From the IMG/VR virus record IMGVR_UViG_3300036715_000434: a stretch of DNA of 20,000 nt, one strand, 5' to 3'. Below are positions 15,524 to 20,000 of this stretch, piece after piece. Both the position numbers and the translations under genes were made by a program. Under the pieces are notes generated by a model. It had not been told where the DNA came from and did no database searches. It saw only the letters and a program-made list of their open reading frames with translations. Within the stretch, counting starts at the first letter, position 1. Each line of letters starts with the position of its first letter. This DNA is from an uncultured virus (IMG/VR IMGVR_UViG_3300036715_000434) (Duplodnaviria > Heunggongvirae > Uroviricota > Caudoviricetes).

Positions 15524-15939
15524 TCATCCCGAAGACAACCCAGTGCTCTTGTGAGAAGTGCCAGGCCATGTGCGCTCACTCGGTCTGCCTGCCCACGCCT
15601 GAAGAGGCCCGCATTCTCATCAAGAGGGGCTACGGGCCACGCCTGGCCACCTACCAGCTCTGCCCTGATCCGACGCAGCTGGTCTTCGTTGGGCCAGCTC
15701 CCAAGGGCAAGGAGGGGGCCAGGGCTCTGCCTGACACGGGAGCCGCCTGCACCTTCTACACTGACGGCGAGTGTGAACTCCACGACCTCGGATTGAAGCC
15801 TCTGGAGGGCCGGCTTGCCCACCACGACCGTGATCCAGCCCCGATCAGGATTCACATGTCCACGCTTTGGCGTGGTAAGACATTCAACAGCGTGCTGGCC
15901 AAACTGCTCTCACGCGCTCACTCAGCCACCACGGAATAA
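15520..15939 (+). CDS. YkgJ/FliB-like cysteine-cluster (Zn or Fe-S binding) protein
   Basis: CSCEKCQAMC...C and CTFYTDGECELH...KP pattern; GTGA overlap with the previous gene. Confidence 0.7.
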   Translation: MIIPKTTQCSCEKCQAMCAHSVCLPTPEEARILIKRGYGPRLATYQLCPDPTQLVFVGPAPKGKEGARALPDTGAACTFYTDGECELHDLGLKPLEGRLAHHDRDPAPIRIHMSTLWRGKTFNSVLAKLLSRAHSATTE

Positions 15940-15948
15940 GGACCGACC

Positions 15949-17418
15949 ATGACCAGACCCACAGTAATCGCAGCAGACTATCGGGACGACCAGTTCGGCC
16001 CCGAGACATTCACGGTGGCCTGTGGCTCCGGGAGCAATCGAGCCATCCTCGTTGTTGCAACGGTCTGGGGGGCCTCGTCTGAGATGCCGATGACCGCCGA
16101 CCTGGGCGGCGTCTCCCTGACGGCCGGCACTCCTCAGTTCAGTGGCTCACTCACCGGCTACCTGCGCGCCTTCTGGTTGCAGGGGGCCTCGATGCCTACT
16201 GGCACGCAGACCCTGACGGTGACGCCCAGCTCGGCGGTCCACCTGAGCGTCTCCTACGCGCTGTATGACAACGTCACGGCACTGACCACCCCGCCAACCT
16301 TCGCCAGCAACGTCAGCACCAACCCGCTGATGACGGTAGCCACCGCGGTAGGCCACGTGGTGTCGATGACCTACCGGGCGGACGCGGCCAATGTCCCGCA
16401 TACGGCCAACGCCCCCGCCGTGTCGCAATACCAGGAGGTCGGCTACGGCCCTTATGCGGGCATCACCGTTGATGCGCTGGTGGCCTCCGGCTCATCCATC
16501 AACATCAACACCACCTGCTCTTCTACAACGGGCTGGGGCGGATTCGCCTGGGACATGACGGGCACGATCTCCGCCCCGACGATCCTGACGCTGACCGGCC
16601 CGTCGAGTGGCACAGTCTCCGTCGCGTCGACCAACTTCACCGTGGGCACCGACAGCACGATCACCTCGGGCAGCTTCGTCTGCACGCCGAGTGATGGCGG
16701 CGATGGCGGGACGTTCAGCCCAACCACGGTGACCTTGAACAGCGCGACCCAGTCGGCCACCTTCACCTACACGCCGGCCTCCACCGGGGTCAAGACGATC
16801 TCGATCTCGACCTCTGGCCTCATCGCCCCGTCGAACCTCAGCTACACGTCGAATGCGGTGGCCAACCCGCCGCCGACCTTCCCCGGCCCGAACATCTCCA
16901 ACATCTCCGCAGTTAATGCGGTGGCGATCACCCCAGTCTCGACGGCCAGCAAGTTTAGCGATAGCGATACGCTGACCTACAGCGCTCAAGGAATCTGGCC
17001 AGTGGGTATCACGGTCAACGCATCGACCGGCGTTATCTCGGGGACCTCCTCGGCTCTGGGCACTTACGCGACTTGCAAGGTGAGGGCCACCGACACGGCA
17101 AGCCAGTTCGTCGAGTCGAACGTCTTCACCATCACCGTCGCAGTCGCCACGGGCTCGATGACCTTTGGCCCGATGTCGAACAACGCCGGCAGCCTGTGGC
17201 CCTCTGGCACCGCGGTCAAGCTCACGTGGTATCCGGGCGGCCGCGTCGGCGTGCTTTCTGGCATCACGCCAGTGGAGATGGACATCACGCTGGGCTCCGG
17301 TGGTCTGGCCACCACTACGGCAACGCTGGCCAAGGTGGCGGGCTGCGGATTCATCGTCAAGCAGGGGGCCGACGCCCTCACCGATTCGGTCTACTACCAA
17401 GCTGGCACCCCGGCGTAA
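15949..17418 (+). CDS. Ser/Thr-rich multi-domain protein with Ig-like (He_PIG) domain, putative virion appendage
   Basis: PPTF...LTYSAQGIWPVGITVNASTGVISGT...GTY...VRATD...FTITV is a typical putative-Ig domain; SD AAGGA. Confidence 0.75.
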   Translation: MTRPTVIAADYRDDQFGPETFTVACGSGSNRAILVVATVWGASSEMPMTADLGGVSLTAGTPQFSGSLTGYLRAFWLQGASMPTGTQTLTVTPSSAVHLSVSYALYDNVTALTTPPTFASNVSTNPLMTVATAVGHVVSMTYRADAANVPHTANAPAVSQYQEVGYGPYAGITVDALVASGSSININTTCSSTTGWGGFAWDMTGTISAPTILTLTGPSSGTVSVASTNFTVGTDSTITSGSFVCTPSDGGDGGTFSPTTVTLNSATQSATFTYTPASTGVKTISISTSGLIAPSNLSYTSNAVANPPPTFPGPNISNISAVNAVAITPVSTASKFSDSDTLTYSAQGIWPVGITVNASTGVISGTSSALGTYATCKVRATDTASQFVESNVFTITVAVATGSMTFGPMSNNAGSLWPSGTAVKLTWYPGGRVGVLSGITPVEMDITLGSGGLATTTATLAKVAGCGFIVKQGADALTDSVYYQAGTPA

Positions 17419-17424
17419 ACCATC

Positions 17425-18393
17425 ATGATGCTCCGCGACCTGAACCAAGTCCGGGATGGCAAGCGCATCCTGGACACGCCCTGGGTAGGCGTTCTGGGGG
17501 CCACCATCCCGAGCACCGGCTCGAATGGCGTGCCGGCCCTCCTCTACAACGACGTGATCTCTGACTCGCTGCAGACCAACGCAGTTCGGATCTGGATCAC
17601 GTCTCACAACTTCGACACGTTCTACGTCTACGATGACAGCTCGTATACGTTCACCGTCTCGGCAGATGGCATCTACACGGCAACTGGCGTCCTAATCGTC
17701 GATGATGTCGACCAGAATGCCCCGGCCACGGTGCTCACGGTCAACATCGGCAACACGCTGCTCAATGCTGCGGCCGCTCTGGCTGTGAAGACAACTCCGG
17801 TGATGGCCGCTGCGGCGACTGTCTCCGGGGTCCTCAGCGCGACGGCCACGCTTGGAGTCACCACAACCCCCGACCTTGCCACGACCGCGGGCAGCTCGCA
17901 GCAAATCACGGCTACGGCCACTTTGACGCTCCAGACGTATCCTGGTCTGTTGGCAGCTGCGGCATTCGGGGGAACGCTCCCGGTCACGGCCACCCTGGAT
18001 ATCACTGTCACCCCGTCGATCTCTGCTCTGGTCTTCACCGGCTACCAGTTGCCTGACACGATCGCCCCATCACGCTTGACGGCGGTCGACCTCGACAGTG
18101 ATGCGACTCACCCCGCGGCGGTGTTCATCAAGGATCCGCAAGCCGTGTTGGACTACGGGATCGACATCACTGCCTGGCTGGCTGACTCCCAGGACACCCT
18201 CGCCGGGTTCAACGCGGCGCCTACCGAGGGCTCTGATGTTTCCGTTCACGCTGAAGGGATGGTCGGTGGCGTGATGGCCGCAATGATCGGGGGAGGCACA
18301 ATCGGGGCTCCCAACGCGGTGATGTTCGACTTCCAGACTCTTGGCGGCCGACATGATCAACGCACCATTTACTTCCAGATCCAGGACCGCTAA
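17425..18393 (+). CDS. Putative virion structural protein with C-terminal KDPxAVLDYxID-type adaptor domain
   Basis: Ala/Thr-rich repetitive centre; C-terminal FIKDPQAVLDYGIDITAWL...T.GGR..QRTI. Confidence 0.65.
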   Translation: MMLRDLNQVRDGKRILDTPWVGVLGATIPSTGSNGVPALLYNDVISDSLQTNAVRIWITSHNFDTFYVYDDSSYTFTVSADGIYTATGVLIVDDVDQNAPATVLTVNIGNTLLNAAAALAVKTTPVMAAAATVSGVLSATATLGVTTTPDLATTAGSSQQITATATLTLQTYPGLLAAAAFGGTLPVTATLDITVTPSISALVFTGYQLPDTIAPSRLTAVDLDSDATHPAAVFIKDPQAVLDYGIDITAWLADSQDTLAGFNAAPTEGSDVSVHAEGMVGGVMAAMIGGGTIGAPNAVMFDFQTLGGRHDQRTIYFQIQDR

Positions 18394-18684
18394 ATGGCAG
18401 CCCAAGGAACGGCAACAATCGACTTCGGGGCCGTTCCTGGCTCCAACGAGGCTTCAGTCAACGTCACGGGCCAAGGATCCATCCTGACCACGAGCAAGGC
18501 TGAAGCGTTCATCATGGCCGACAACACCACGTCGGACCACACGGCCAACGACCACCGGTACGCGGCGGCTCTTATGGGCCTCACCTGTGGCACCCCCACA
18601 CTCGCCACCGGCTTCACCATCTACGCACGGTCGACTGAGAAGTTGACGGGCACCTTCCAGCTCAATTGGGTCTGGGCAGACTAA
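18394..18684 (+). CDS. Small beta-rich hypothetical (putative structural) protein
   Basis: 96 aa; starts immediately after the upstream TAA. Confidence 0.7.
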   Translation: MAAQGTATIDFGAVPGSNEASVNVTGQGSILTTSKAEAFIMADNTTSDHTANDHRYAAALMGLTCGTPTLATGFTIYARSTEKLTGTFQLNWVWAD

Positions 18685-18695
18685 AGGAAAACAGC

Positions 18696-20000
18696 ATGTC
18701 ACTCGACGCAGTCATTCGTGGCGTTACTTCGGGCACTGGCGCCGATGTCAATGCCTCCAAGCAACTCATGGTCGTGCCTGAGACCAATGCGGCCTCCAAT
18801 CCAGGCAATGTCGGCGGGATGCGACTCTTCTCGGAGAACGATCCGGGCGCCCAGACCGGCACGCCCTACCTCAAGTCTCCGGAGACCTCGCCAGACTACC
18901 GGCTGCGCATGGGACGGGACTCGGTTCTGTTCACCGACAACTTCAACTCATCGGCCCAGAATACGAACCTCTGGGCCTACACCTCTGCCACTTTGACGGC
19001 AGCGCAGCCGGGCGCGGGCACGGTCAACTTCTCTGCCGTGCAGGGCACCACCTCGGCGCACGGCGCGTTCATGCGCTCGTGGCAGTACTTCCCGCTGATC
19101 AACACCTCACCTCTGGCCATGGAGTTCTACTGGCAGCAAACGACGGCGGCCATGGTCGCCGGCGAAGTCTGGCTGCAAGGTCTCGGCCTCCCCTCCTCCG
19201 CTGTGGCCCGCCCGACGGATGGCGTGTGGCTCAAGTTGACTACGGCTGGCCTTGTGGGCGTCATTGCTTACAACGGCACGGAAGTTGAATCCGGCATCCT
19301 CTACCCGTTCGCCTCGTTGGTGGTGGGCACCAATTACAAGTCAACTGTCGTTGTCGGTGAGAACGGGGTGGAGTACTGGCTGAACGACATCTTCCTTGGC
19401 GAGCAGCCCCTCCCCAGTTCCAACGGCACCCCGTTCGTCGCGGCTTCGGCCCCGGTGTTCCTGATGAAGTACAACACGGGCACCGTCAGCAACACCAACA
19501 CCATCCGGGTCGCTCGCGTTGGGGTCACGCTGATGGACATTGACACGGCGCGTCCGTGGTCGGTGACTAACTCGGTCATGGGCCAGAACGCCTATGTGGG
19601 CCAGAACGGGCACACGATGGGCAACACGCAATTCGTGGGCACCATCACCACCGGTTCGAGCCCTATGCTGCCCACCAGCGTGGCAGGTTCCAACACGGCA
19701 GCGAACTCCGTTGGCCTGGGTGGCGTGGGTGCAATCAATGCGGCAGCAGCGGCGGCCACCGACTTTATCTGCACCAGCTACCAGAACCCAGCGCCCACCA
19801 TCAACATCACGGGCCGCAACCTCATCATCAGGGGCGTGCGCATCAGCACGATCAACACGGGCGCCGCGGTGGCCACCACGCCGACGACTATCCAGTGGTC
19901 GCTGGCGTTCGGGCACAACTCGGTGACGATGAACACTACTGAGAGTGGCTCCTTCGCTACGGCCACCGCTCACGCCCCGCGTCGTGTCGCTCTGGGCTTC
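18696..20000 (+). CDS. Large beta-rich putative virion protein, partial (runs off the window end)
   Basis: Not in the ORF track. SD AAAGGA, ATG 18696, open to the end of the window: MSLDAVIRGVTSGTGADVNASKQLMVVPETNAAS...APRRVALGF. Confidence 0.8.
   Translation, partial: MSLDAVIRGVTSGTGADVNASKQLMVVPETNAASNPGNVGGMRLFSENDPGAQTGTPYLKSPETSPDYRLRMGRDSVLFTDNFNSSAQNTNLWAYTSATLTAAQPGAGTVNFSAVQGTTSAHGAFMRSWQYFPLINTSPLAMEFYWQQTTAAMVAGEVWLQGLGLPSSAVARPTDGVWLKLTTAGLVGVIAYNGTEVESGILYPFASLVVGTNYKSTVVVGENGVEYWLNDIFLGEQPLPSSNGTPFVAASAPVFLMKYNTGTVSNTNTIRVARVGVTLMDIDTARPWSVTNSVMGQNAYVGQNGHTMGNTQFVGTITTGSSPMLPTSVAGSNTAANSVGLGGVGAINAAAAAATDFICTSYQNPAPTINITGRNLIIRGVRISTINTGAAVATTPTTIQWSLAFGHNSVTMNTTESGSFATATAHAPRRVALGF

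Noticed and set aside
14264..17607. Long - strand ORFs (14264..15445, 393 aa; 16492..17607, 371 aa)
   Set aside because: Antisense shadows of well-supported + strand genes in GC-rich DNA; Arg/Gly-rich with no motifs or SD.

Overview
A GC-rich segment of a tailed dsDNA bacteriophage or prophage; a Proteobacterial host is likely but is an inference. Almost all genes are on the + strand. The left half (1-8214) is an early/accessory region. It holds a partial queE on the - strand, divergent from an HTH gene, plus a ParB-like protein, an HD phosphohydrolase, a DUF932 protein, queD, a membrane-anchored MazG-like NTP pyrophosphohydrolase and many small ORFs. These genes are organised by a duplicated 58-bp promoter/leader and three covarying hairpins. 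After an intrinsic terminator come a structured ~220-nt non-coding stretch, a papain-like (C1A) peptidase, and the terminase small and large subunits. No portal gene follows; instead there is a >8.5-kb block of Ig-like, lectin-like and beta-rich putative virion appendage genes. The most striking observation is a 106-aa Ig-like ORF that appears to lack its last beta-strand. It is followed by two unrelated large putative adhesins that both begin with the same matching strand (M[S/T]TFVDSGLI), suggesting a modular plug-and-socket receptor-binding system. All family calls come from motif recognition by eye; no searches were run.
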